From contig JBPEXE010000136.1 in the NCBI GenBank assembly GCA_052031955.1, positions 1-37,443 on the forward strand: a stretch of DNA of 37,443 bases. The letters are read 5' to 3'. How positions within the stretch are numbered: the stretch's first letter is position 1; each line of letters opens with the position of its first letter. A program made the translations under genes and the position numbers. Of the stretch, positions 1 through 8,064 are shown in pieces. This stretch comes from Candidatus Saccharimonadales bacterium (GTDB taxonomy: Bacteria > Patescibacteriota > Saccharimonadia > Saccharimonadales > JBPEXE01). A model generated the notes under the pieces. The model worked only from the letters and a program-made list of their open reading frames with translations, did not search any database and was not told the DNA's origin.

Positions 1-100
1 ACTTCTTTCGCTCAACGTATTTGTGAATATAAAAGCTGTCGAGATAAAACATACGCATATTGTACGACAGCCGTCGTGTGCAAACCATGCAAAAAAGGGG

Positions 101-106
101 TACAAT
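101..106 (+). promoter_or_regulatory. candidate -10 box (TACAAT) for the 120..1601 gene
   Basis: TACAAT lies 13 nt upstream of the ATG at 120. There is no convincing -35 (GTGCAA at 78-83). A short or absent leader is implied. Confidence 0.3.
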
Positions 107-119
107 ATAGGGGCATCCA

Positions 120-1601
120 ATGCACACAAAAACCAAAACAAAACTACGTATCGGGCTTCTTCTTGGCATACTCATAATGCCGTTAGTTTGGGTTGGTCGA
201 ACACACGCTGCAGCCCTTACTTCAAACATCAGCCAGTTTACCTTGTATGAAGATCCTGCCTCCGGCAAAAATGAAACACGCTTCTTCTTATCGCTCATCC
301 CCGAGCCAATTGCATCTGTTACGACTACCTTCTCCACAAATGGACAGTGCAGTATCGGCCATAATTACGAAAATTACGCCACCGGTGGTGCTATTGTCAC
401 ACCAAACGACAAGCTTGGCATAGGCGTGAGGGCAATCGACGACACCGATGGCGAAGGCACGCACACCTGCGAGGTGCGTTTTAGCGCGGTCAGCAATGGC
501 GACTCTGCGTATGCCACACCGGTAGTGCTCGACTACTCATTTAAAATTATCGACAACGACATCCAGCTCAAGCATGAATTTTCGACCTCCACACTAACGT
601 TGTCGCGCCTTAAGGAAGCCACCTCAATCATCGAACAGTATGAGCTCGACATTTCACATGCGCCGCAAGAGGATATTTATATAACTGCCAGCGTGGGGAA
701 TCAGTGCGACCTGCTAATCGGAACACCACAAAGGCGAAGCAAGACCGCTGAGGGAGTCTTTCGGGCCGGAGAGGAGGATACCATTAAGTTTTCGTTGATA
801 GCTGTTGATGACTCCGTATACGAAGGAATCCATCAATGCTCTGTGCAACACTCTGCATCGACTCTAGACGTTGATTTTAAAGGAGTTGCAGTGCCAACCT
901 ATTCAACGTCTATTCTTGATAATGAGACCAACCCTGACATACCGGACCAACGCGAGTATGAGGGCGGTCTGATTTATTACAAAGACGCGAACTATGACGG
1001 AGTCGATGACGATAAACAACCACAAGTTGTAAGTTTTATGAATCAGGTCCGCAAGAAACGACAGGGGCTGGTACTGCTCGATAGGCGAGGCGAGCTATCT
1101 GAGAGCTGTCGGTTTGTGAGTGCGGTGACGTCGACCGAGGCAAACGAAGAGAGCTCGTCGCTCCAATCAACGCATGGCGTGATTAATGTTAGCGTGGCTT
1201 GCGAGGGCGAGCGGGACTACACGCTGATGTGGCTACTTGATGCATACGATGAATATGCCAAAGATTGGAATATCTATGATGTTGCCGGTGACTCGACGCT
1301 GAACCGAATCCCGCATTCAGCCGGGATCTACAACCTGGGTGAGCAGTTTACTACGATGGTTACAATCGATTTATCGGCTGGCGGCGAGATTGCCCTTTTG
1401 CAAGCTCAGCCGGCGGTTGGCGATATTGAGCTCACCGAGCAGCAGGCGCTTGTGGCTGATGTAAATAACTCTCGTCTTAACCCAATTGCAACACTTTCTG
1501 CGGCATCTGCGCTGATGACTGTGCTATGGCTTGTTTATAGGCGTTATTTTGGCGGTGTGCAGACGGTGAAATCACGCTATCCGCGCGTCGACCACTTCTA
1601 A
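120..1601 (+). CDS. secreted, C-terminally membrane-anchored surface protein with Calx-beta-like repeats
   Basis: N-terminal signal peptide (LRIGLLLGILIMPLVWVGRTHAAA). C-terminal hydrophobic anchor (LSAASALMTVLWLVYRRYF). Three internal segments each carry a Cys pair. Two of them show Calx-beta-like strings (DDTDGEGTHTCEVRF...FKIIDND; DDSVYEGIHQCSV...TSILDNE). Family assignment is by motif only. Confidence 0.6.
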   Translation: MHTKTKTKLRIGLLLGILIMPLVWVGRTHAAALTSNISQFTLYEDPASGKNETRFFLSLIPEPIASVTTTFSTNGQCSIGHNYENYATGGAIVTPNDKLGIGVRAIDDTDGEGTHTCEVRFSAVSNGDSAYATPVVLDYSFKIIDNDIQLKHEFSTSTLTLSRLKEATSIIEQYELDISHAPQEDIYITASVGNQCDLLIGTPQRRSKTAEGVFRAGEEDTIKFSLIAVDDSVYEGIHQCSVQHSASTLDVDFKGVAVPTYSTSILDNETNPDIPDQREYEGGLIYYKDANYDGVDDDKQPQVVSFMNQVRKKRQGLVLLDRRGELSESCRFVSAVTSTEANEESSSLQSTHGVINVSVACEGERDYTLMWLLDAYDEYAKDWNIYDVAGDSTLNRIPHSAGIYNLGEQFTTMVTIDLSAGGEIALLQAQPAVGDIELTEQQALVADVNNSRLNPIATLSAASALMTVLWLVYRRYFGGVQTVKSRYPRVDHF

Positions 1602-2152
1602 ATTGGTTTATCTTTGAGGCCAAGCTTCCAGCCAATCACGGTGGCTATAGGGTGTAAGGAAATGCCAACTAGTGCGGCAGCGGCGTATTGTGATATCGAC
1701 AAGGCGCCAACCGGAATACTAAAAATCAAGGCGCCGATGACATAATCAATTTGGTCAAATGGCACCCATGCTTCACCGGGCTTGATGTTGATTTGTCGCT
1801 TCAAGAAACTCTCAAAGGCATCGCCAACCAGGGCGCCAAGCCCAATGAGTAGTGCTAGTTCAACATACTCACTGACGCCCATATCAAAGAATTCGAGTCT
1901 GTTTAGCACGTCAAACTGCTCACTTAAACCATATTGCACGAGGGCGATTGATACGGCGAAAATGAGGCCGGCTACGATGCCACGATAGGTCTTGTTGCGA
2001 CCAAAAATCGGGTGACCTCGGAATGTTTTGCCACCATCAAGTGGAATATCTAATGTGTCGAGAAAGGGAATCTTTTTTGCCCAAATCGGCGCCATGTTGC
2101 TGAACATCGCCGGCAACAGGAACCAAAATCCTTGAGCAATTAAGTAAAACAT
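1598..2152 (-). CDS. carS: CDP-archaeol synthase (CarS/DUF46)-family membrane cytidylyltransferase
   Basis: 184-aa multi-pass hydrophobic protein. LLPAMFSNMAP...LDGGKTFRGHPIFGRNKTYRG and GDAFESFLKRQ...PFDQIDY match the conserved CarS blocks as I recall them. It starts 12 nt downstream of the PHP gene and shares a 4-nt stop-stop overlap with 120..1601. Confidence 0.7.
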   Translation of the reverse strand: MFYLIAQGFWFLLPAMFSNMAPIWAKKIPFLDTLDIPLDGGKTFRGHPIFGRNKTYRGIVAGLIFAVSIALVQYGLSEQFDVLNRLEFFDMGVSEYVELALLIGLGALVGDAFESFLKRQINIKPGEAWVPFDQIDYVIGALIFSIPVGALSISQYAAAALVGISLHPIATVIGWKLGLKDKPI

Positions 2153-2164
2153 AGAATCAGAATA

Positions 2165-2824
2165 TCACACCCGTCGCCAGAGCTTGGCGACACGATTATA
2201 CTTCGGCGAGAAATAGGTTCTCAGTGGAGGCCGGTCGTAGACCGTTCTTGCTCCCCGTTGGAATGCCTCACGAAGCTCAGCAGCATTTTTGGGGATAGAC
2301 TCCAGCAGAGTAAATGTCCAGCCGACACCCCCGGGCGAGTGTGCATCCGAACTGGCAACAATCGGAATGGTATGCTGCTTCGCCCACAAACGTAGTTCGG
2401 GGTTTGGCTTGTGGAGTTGGCGACCGTTGTATACCTCCAAAGCGTCGATGTCATGAACGATTGTTTCCATGTCTTCGCGACTCATGCCGCTTCTGTGCGG
2501 GTCTTCGGGGTGGGGGATAATGATAAATCCATGTTGCTTCTTTATGGCGGCGATGGTGTCTTCGGCCGATTGCCCATCCTCAACCTTGGCCTTTAGAAAC
2601 AGGCCGATAATTTCGCCCTCAGTACTTTTTATCTCTTGACCAACAATGATTGCCTCGGCAATCGTGGCGTCGCGTTTGGCGGTTTTGGCGTATTCAATTG
2701 TTTTGTGGTCGGTGATGGCGACGGCGTCGAGTGTGCCATGCTCAAGCATGCGCGTGTAGTGTGTCAGCGATATACCACCGTCGTGAGACGCTCGAGAGTG
2801 AGTGTGCAAATCAATCTTTATCAT
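2165..2824 (-). CDS. PHP-domain metal-dependent phosphoesterase
   Basis: Track ORF 2165..2929 trimmed to Met36 (ATG 2822-2824), giving a 14-nt overlap with the upstream gene. IDLHTHSRASHDG, AITDH, IIIPHP and SSDAHS give the His/Asp ligand pattern of PHP phosphatases. Confidence 0.75.
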   Translation of the reverse strand: MIKIDLHTHSRASHDGGISLTHYTRMLEHGTLDAVAITDHKTIEYAKTAKRDATIAEAIIVGQEIKSTEGEIIGLFLKAKVEDGQSAEDTIAAIKKQHGFIIIPHPEDPHRSGMSREDMETIVHDIDALEVYNGRQLHKPNPELRLWAKQHTIPIVASSDAHSPGGVGWTFTLLESIPKNAAELREAFQRGARTVYDRPPLRTYFSPKYNRVAKLWRRV

Positions 2825-3458
2825 TGAGTCGAGCGAGGATACTTGAAAAACGGATAAGATAGGTTGCCATCGAACCAATCGCAACCACCAGAACTCCCCA
2901 GAGGAGTTGGCCGGTAAAGAACGCAACAATCAAAACGAACATGCGAACCTCGTATCCAAAAATGCCATCTTCAAATTCACGGTTAATGTCGGCCTTTTTG
3001 CGTTTGGCATTTGCTTCTGCCAGTGCGACTTCTCCCTTTGCTTTGACATAGCTCACGCTTATCGAGAGGCCGAGTGCCAACGTCGCATACAGTGCACCAA
3101 GTGGGTCACCGTGGTTGGCAAACCAATAGGCGATACCGGCGTAGAGGAGGGACTCCTTTATCCTGTCGGTAGTGCTATCGAGTAACATACCTTTGAATCC
3201 GGTCGTCCCCTGATGCCGTGCCACGGCACCATCGAGCGCATCTAGCAAACCAAAGCCAATCAAAAGTATGCCGGCTTCGATGAGCATGTCTTCGGTCAGG
3301 GCGAACAAGATGACGACATGTCCAAGCAGCGACAGCATTGAAATGTGCCAGGCTTCGATGAAGCCATTGCTCACAAAGTCGAGGAGTTTCGCTACCTCGT
3401 CCATCATGCCGCGAATAGTTGACTTTATTTTGTCTAAGATGTCTTTCACTGATACCAT
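2811..3458 (-). CDS. CDP-alcohol phosphatidyltransferase family protein
   Basis: DALDGAVARHQGTTGFKGMLLDSTTD fits the signature D-x2-D-G-x2-A-R-x8-G-x3-D-x3-D. Amphipathic N-terminus followed by several hydrophobic spans. First gene of a three-gene lipid module. Confidence 0.85.
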   Translation of the reverse strand: MVSVKDILDKIKSTIRGMMDEVAKLLDFVSNGFIEAWHISMLSLLGHVVILFALTEDMLIEAGILLIGFGLLDALDGAVARHQGTTGFKGMLLDSTTDRIKESLLYAGIAYWFANHGDPLGALYATLALGLSISVSYVKAKGEVALAEANAKRKKADINREFEDGIFGYEVRMFVLIVAFFTGQLLWGVLVVAIGSMATYLIRFSSILARLNDKD

Positions 3459-3481
3459 TGTAACAGATAAGAGAACAATAA

Positions 3482-3820
3482 ATGAGCAACACGATTTCGT
3501 GGGAAGATTTTGAAAAAGTAGATATCCGTGTGGGTAAGATTATTGCCGTTGAAGATTTTCCTGAAGCTCACAAGCCGGCCTATAAATTACAGATTGATTT
3601 TGGTGATGGTATTGGCGTTAAGCGCTCATCGGCGCGAATCACCAGCATCCCAAAAGATGAGCTGATGGGGCAACTCGTCGCAGCTGTAGTCAACTTTCCT
3701 CCAAAACAGGTCGGGCCCTTTATGTCCGAGGTGCTAACGGTCGGTTTTGGCGATGAGGCCGAAAACTGGATTGTTGTATCGCCAATTCGTGACGTACCAC
3801 TTGGTGGGAAGCTGCAATGA
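3482..3820 (+). CDS. csaA: tRNA-binding domain protein (CsaA/EMAP-type)
   Basis: 112 aa. FEKVDIRVGKIIAVEDFPEAHKPAYKLQIDFG...VNFPPKQVGPFMSEVL closely parallels Bacillus CsaA. Confidence 0.85.
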   Translation: MSNTISWEDFEKVDIRVGKIIAVEDFPEAHKPAYKLQIDFGDGIGVKRSSARITSIPKDELMGQLVAAVVNFPPKQVGPFMSEVLTVGFGDEAENWIVVSPIRDVPLGGKLQ

Positions 3821-4470
3821 GCCGAAAGACCCTCATAATTCTTGATTTTGATGGCACGATTGCCGACACTGCTGCCATTGTTATGGAAGTTGGCAATACC
3901 GTTCTCGAGCAATATGGCATTCCAAAGCTTGATGAAGATAGATTTGAAGAGATGCGCGGCAAGACGGCGCCGGAACTCCTCAAGGAGTTTCATATTCCAT
4001 TCTATAAAATTCCAAGCATAGTGGCATCGGTTCGACATAACCTAAAGAGCCACATGGATGACTTGGAGCCGATCGAGGGTATGCTCGAACTTATTAAAGA
4101 CTACTCGGCGCGCGAGAACGTTGAGCTTGCTGTGTTATCGTCAAATAGCCTCGAGAACGTTTCATTCTTTCTAAACAAGTATGAAGTGCGGGATTGCTTT
4201 GCCTTTTTGTACGGCGATGTCGGTGTCTTTAGCAAGTACACAAAGATTCGGCGCATAAGCCGTAGTGAAGGCAAAGGCGCGCGTGTTATCAGCATCGGCG
4301 ATGAGGTGCGCGATGTCGAGGCTGGCAAGATTGCACGCGTTGATTCTATTGCGGTAACGTGGGGCATGAACTCTGCCGAACGGCTGAAGGCGGCCGGCGC
4401 GAGCCACGTCGTCAATACGGTGAAAGACTTAGCCAAAACGCTTGATGAACTGATACAGACCAAGGAATAG
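3817..4470 (+). CDS. HAD-superfamily hydrolase (phosphoglycolate phosphatase-like)
   Basis: LIILDFDGTIADT (DxDxT motif I) and a later GDEVRD motif. ATGA start/stop overlap with csaA. Confidence 0.75.
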   Translation: MSRKTLIILDFDGTIADTAAIVMEVGNTVLEQYGIPKLDEDRFEEMRGKTAPELLKEFHIPFYKIPSIVASVRHNLKSHMDDLEPIEGMLELIKDYSARENVELAVLSSNSLENVSFFLNKYEVRDCFAFLYGDVGVFSKYTKIRRISRSEGKGARVISIGDEVRDVEAGKIARVDSIAVTWGMNSAERLKAAGASHVVNTVKDLAKTLDELIQTKE

Positions 4471-4486
4471 GTGTTAAAATAGACAC

Positions 4487-5566
4487 ATGATTGAAGCAGG
4501 GTTGGTTGCGGTAATTATTATCCAGATTGTTATGATCTTTTTTTTGACGAGCTCGCGCGGCAAGAAGAACGACTCGGAGTCAGCGGCTCTGCTGAAAGCA
4601 GACATGACTAAGCTGTCGGACGACATGAACAAGCTGCGAGAGGGCTTGGGAGACAAACTGAGTGATGGGCTGTATAAAAATCAGGAAATGATGGTCAAAA
4701 GTCTGCAAAAGCAGTTTGCCCAAAGCTCCAAGCTAATCTCTGAAGTGACGACCAACTTGACCGAGATTAAGGAGTCTAACAAGCAAGTTGTTTCGGTGAC
4801 CGACGAGCTGAAGACATTGCAGAATATTTTGCAGAATCCAAAACAGCGCGGTGTGCTCGGCGAGTATTATCTACAGACCGTACTTGAAAACGTCCTGCCC
4901 GCCGATCGATTTGCCATGCAGTACAAATTTAAGGACGGCAACATTGTTGATGCCGTTATCTTCTTGGACAAAAATAAAATTCTGCCGGTTGACTCTAAGT
5001 TTAGTCTTGAGAACTACAACCGCTTTGTTGAGTCCAAGAGCAAAGTAGAGCGCGAGCGACTGGCGAAGCTCTTCAAAGCAGACTTAAAGGCTCGTATCGA
5101 TGAAACTGCGAAATACGTACGCCCGCAAGAAAACACGCTCGACCATGCTTTTATGTTTATACCCTCAGAGGCAATTTATTATGACTTGCTATCTGGTGAC
5201 AATAGTATTGGCGTCGGTGTGTCGTCACGCGATTTGCTTGAGTACGCCTTCCGTGAAAAGAAGGTTATTATTGTCAGCCCGACGACGTTCATGGCCTATC
5301 TCCAGACAGTTATACAGGGCTTACGCAGCCTGCAGATTGAAGAGAAGGCAAAAGATATTCAGAAACGAGTTGGCGAGCTTGGGCGCCACATCACGGTGTA
5401 TGAGGATTACATGCAAAAGCTTGGCAAATCGCTTGGCACGACCGTCAATCACTACAACAATGCTCACAAAGAACTTGGCAAGATTGATAAAGACGTTGTG
5501 CGTATCGCTGATGCATCACCCGGCGTCGAACCGCTTCTCGTGGATAGGCCTAGCGAGCAAGAATAA
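4487..5566 (+). CDS. rmuC: DNA recombination protein RmuC
   Basis: N-terminal TM helix, then a coiled-coil-like region, then NPKQRGVLGEYYLQTVLENVLP and FIPSEAIYYDLL, as in RmuC family proteins. Confidence 0.85.
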   Translation: MIEAGLVAVIIIQIVMIFFLTSSRGKKNDSESAALLKADMTKLSDDMNKLREGLGDKLSDGLYKNQEMMVKSLQKQFAQSSKLISEVTTNLTEIKESNKQVVSVTDELKTLQNILQNPKQRGVLGEYYLQTVLENVLPADRFAMQYKFKDGNIVDAVIFLDKNKILPVDSKFSLENYNRFVESKSKVERERLAKLFKADLKARIDETAKYVRPQENTLDHAFMFIPSEAIYYDLLSGDNSIGVGVSSRDLLEYAFREKKVIIVSPTTFMAYLQTVIQGLRSLQIEEKAKDIQKRVGELGRHITVYEDYMQKLGKSLGTTVNHYNNAHKELGKIDKDVVRIADASPGVEPLLVDRPSEQE

Positions 5567-6920
5567 GTTTCTTACGATGGATGTGGTAGCGATGGCGCAG
5601 CCATATGGCGAGCAATATGATGCCACCGGCAATGCCAAAGAACCAGCGGTTATCGAGCGGTTTTTCTATCACAGATACAGAAAAGTAGCGGGTATACTGA
5701 CAACCTGTATCATCGGCAATCGAAATACTGCCTGAGTAGTTGCCCGTGCGCTGATAGACATGGTGCAGGCTATAGCTTTGGGCCGAATTACGGTTAAAGC
5801 GTTCGGTTATCGAGTCGCCCCAGTCGAGGATGACTTCGTAGGGCGGTGTGCCGCTGACGCCGGTGATGTTTAGATCAATGCCATCGCCTTCGTCCACCCC
5901 CCAGTAACGGTACTCTGACAGCCAGAAACGATGTGTCGAACAGCGTTCCGGGTCGCCTGTAAACAGCACGGTTGTGAGGTTGGAAAAGTCGCTACACACA
6001 TCGCCGTCGCAGGCTATGGCACGAATATCTTGCGAGGTTGCGCTGACATCTAAATTGAAGAACCAATTTCCGTCGGCATTAGTAAATGTTGAGCCAATTG
6101 GCTCACCGTTGAGATAGATAATAATCTGGGTGTTTGGTGGGCCGGTGCCACGAATCAATATTGGTGTCTCACCAGATTCTATTTCGCCATCGATTGATGT
6201 GATGATTGGAGGGGTCAGTGCACCACTGTTGTTACCGGCATTAGACTGGACCGGCAGAATAATGAACTTCTCTTTGAGTGTTTGGTGTGAGGTGAGTCCA
6301 CCTTGTGAGCTGGTGGCTGTTGCGTTGTGCTCGCCAAAGTAATAGCCGGTGGTATCGACTGAAATTGAGTACCGCCCGTCAGGACCGCTTTGCGGACGCA
6401 ACACGGTCACGCCGCCATCAAGTGAAATCTCTACAATTGCATTTGGGATAGTTGAGCCCGAGAAAGTTACGAGTTCGCCTTCAGTAGCACTGACCGGCCT
6501 TGCAGCCAGTGTTGGTGGTAAGAAGTACTCAACAGCAGTGTCTGATTGTGCTCGCACATTGACAGTCTGCACAAGAGGATCCGACGTTAGTCCGTCACGG
6601 TCCTGGTATGTAATGCGGAATCTGTGTAGGCCGGCACGCATGGCGCTAAAATTCTTTTCAAATACGCCGTTGCTGTCAGCCAGCACGGTACCAACCAGGG
6701 CATTCCCGTCAACAATTTGCACAAAGGCGCCGGGTGAGGCAAATCCCTTAATTGTCAGCCTGGTGTTCGGAATCGTGAATTGGACAGGGGCAGAGGATGC
6801 AGAAACAGGACTATGTGCCACGAAAACAGGCAATAGCATAACAAGCACTGCGACTAGTATTTTAGAAATGTTTTTGAGCAAGCTTTTTGTTTTTTCGCTT
6901 ACGCTTTTATTGTAGCGCAA
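5550..6920 (-). CDS. surface protein: signal peptide, three Ig-like repeats, PKD-like domain, C-terminal TM anchor
   Basis: TTG start at 6918-6920, preceded by AGGAG. Signal peptide ILVAVLVMLLPVFVAHSPVSA. Three similar beta-sandwich-type segments (aa ~45-122, 140-215, 236-320). PKD-like LDWGDS...HHVYQRTGNYSGSISI. C-terminal WFFGIAGGIILLAIWL followed by RHRYHIHRKK. Last gene of the envelope locus. Confidence 0.7.
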   Translation of the reverse strand: MRYNKSVSEKTKSLLKNISKILVAVLVMLLPVFVAHSPVSASSAPVQFTIPNTRLTIKGFASPGAFVQIVDGNALVGTVLADSNGVFEKNFSAMRAGLHRFRITYQDRDGLTSDPLVQTVNVRAQSDTAVEYFLPPTLAARPVSATEGELVTFSGSTIPNAIVEISLDGGVTVLRPQSGPDGRYSISVDTTGYYFGEHNATATSSQGGLTSHQTLKEKFIILPVQSNAGNNSGALTPPIITSIDGEIESGETPILIRGTGPPNTQIIIYLNGEPIGSTFTNADGNWFFNLDVSATSQDIRAIACDGDVCSDFSNLTTVLFTGDPERCSTHRFWLSEYRYWGVDEGDGIDLNITGVSGTPPYEVILDWGDSITERFNRNSAQSYSLHHVYQRTGNYSGSISIADDTGCQYTRYFSVSVIEKPLDNRWFFGIAGGIILLAIWLRHRYHIHRKKLILAR

Positions 6921-6955
6921 ATGCTCCTAATTTTCGACAGATTGACGACAGATGT

Positions 6956-7912
6956 CTAATTCTTACCGGCCAGGACCTTGAAGGCAGCGCCCAGGCGTGA
7001 GCGGAATTTCACAAGAATGAAGAGCAATACGATGACCACGACTGCGATTGGCAGGATGGTTTGCCATGGGAAGATAATGAAGGTCGTTTCAGCGTGAATT
7101 TGGTTATCATCTTCACCATACACGAGGTCAAGCTCGGCTGTGTAGCGGCCAACCGCAAAGCCAGGGTCGCTCCATTCGGTTTCAAGCTTCCGAATCGTGT
7201 CCGGTAGAACATTGCGCTCTTCAACCACAATTTTGGTTACTTCGTTGCCGAACATATTCTTGATTGTGATGGTGCCGGTCGGCTTGTAGTGGACATTCCC
7301 TGTGTTGTTCAGGCGGGTTTCAAACAGGATTGGTTTCTCGTTTGTCCAGAAGCTCTTGGTTGAGGCGAATGACTCAATACCGCCCTCTTCAACAATATCG
7401 CCAGCCACACTGGCTAAGATAACCGGTGCGAGACGTTGTACAACTGATGCGCCGGCGCCTTCGGTGGAGTCGCCTGGTACGGTTTCGAATGTGACAGTAC
7501 CATAGTGACCACCCGGTTCGGCGTTGCCTGGTACGGCTATCGTCACGGTAAAGTCCTGTGTGGTGTTTGGTGCCACGCTGACTGCTTCCGGCTCAACGGT
7601 AATCCATGCAGCCAATGAGAACGATGTCTCGTCTTCGGTTGGTACAGAGCCACCTTCTTCACCGGTTGGTACGATGTTTTGCGGTGTTGCGAGGAGTTCA
7701 ACGGGGAGGTCGCTGTTATTGGTGATGCGAATGGTGTTAACGATTGGTTCGTCACCAGGATTTGCGGTGACTTCAATGAGTTGCGGTGACATAGTCAGCG
7801 ATACTTGATCAGCCTCTTGTGCGCGGACAATCTGCCATGCGAATAACGAAATTAATGCTGCAGCCAACACAGCGACACTCAACACCCACCGAAAATTAAG
7901 CCGTGAAGTCAT
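6956..7912 (-). CDS. type-I membrane 'anchor 2', DUF916/DUF3324-like (CscA-type) or NEW3/CARDB-like ectodomain
   Basis: Signal peptide; VSLTMSPQLIEVTANPGD, AAWITVEPE, AEPGGHYGTVTFE, NNTGNVHYKP; C-terminal TM (ILPIAVVVIVLLFILV) with a 17-aa basic tail. Clear paralog of 9240..10790. Strong SD (TAAGGAGGG). Confidence 0.6.
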   Translation of the reverse strand: MTSRLNFRWVLSVAVLAAALISLFAWQIVRAQEADQVSLTMSPQLIEVTANPGDEPIVNTIRITNNSDLPVELLATPQNIVPTGEEGGSVPTEDETSFSLAAWITVEPEAVSVAPNTTQDFTVTIAVPGNAEPGGHYGTVTFETVPGDSTEGAGASVVQRLAPVILASVAGDIVEEGGIESFASTKSFWTNEKPILFETRLNNTGNVHYKPTGTITIKNMFGNEVTKIVVEERNVLPDTIRKLETEWSDPGFAVGRYTAELDLVYGEDDNQIHAETTFIIFPWQTILPIAVVVIVLLFILVKFRSRLGAAFKVLAGKN

Positions 7913-7943
7913 AAAATGACACCCTCCTTACGAATTTACAACT

Positions 7944-7972
7944 ATTGTAATAGACATCTGTTGTAACCACAA
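7944..7972 (-). promoter_or_regulatory. internal promoter for anchor-2 / Ig-PKD genes
   Basis: Minus strand reads TTGTGG (7967-7972), a 17-nt spacer, then TACAAT (7944-7949), about 30 nt upstream of the ATG at 7912. Confidence 0.5.
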
Positions 7973-7996
7973 GAGACAGAGGGGTGGAATATGAAA

Positions 7997-8022
7997 ACCC
8001 CCGAGGCTTATTCCCCGGGGGT
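7997..8022 (-). terminator. rho-independent terminator/attenuator after the 352-aa gene
   Basis: Minus-strand RNA: ACCCCCG - 12-nt loop - CGGGGGU, followed by UUUC. GC-rich 6-7 bp stem, 43 nt downstream of the stop at 8065. Confidence 0.45.
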
Positions 8023-8064
8023 ACATATCTTTCGTCGTTTAATTTTTAGAGTACGTCGTCGTGT

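Noticed and set aside
23-250. 75-aa + strand ORF at the window start
   Set aside because: It overlaps the promoter region and the signal-peptide coding part of the 120..1601 gene in another frame, and shows no family resemblance.
2825-2929. Long N-terminal extension of the PHP gene (TTG start at 2929)
   Set aside because: It would overlap the upstream CDP-alcohol transferase gene by 119 nt and add a non-homologous Trp/Arg-rich peptide. Met36 begins exactly at the conserved MIKIDLHTHS.
3580-4038. 152-aa minus-strand ORF spanning the csaA/HAD junction
   Set aside because: It is antisense to two well-supported genes that are ATGA-coupled.
5100-5735. 211-aa + strand ORF in an alternative frame of rmuC
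   Set aside because: It overlaps rmuC and the convergent Ig/PKD gene. It has Arg/Cys/Leu-rich, low-information composition. The rmuC frame has clear family motifs.
6349-6915. 188-aa + strand ORF antisense to the Ig/PKD gene
   Set aside because: It is entirely antisense to a gene with a signal peptide, repeats and a PKD motif, and no start context is present.
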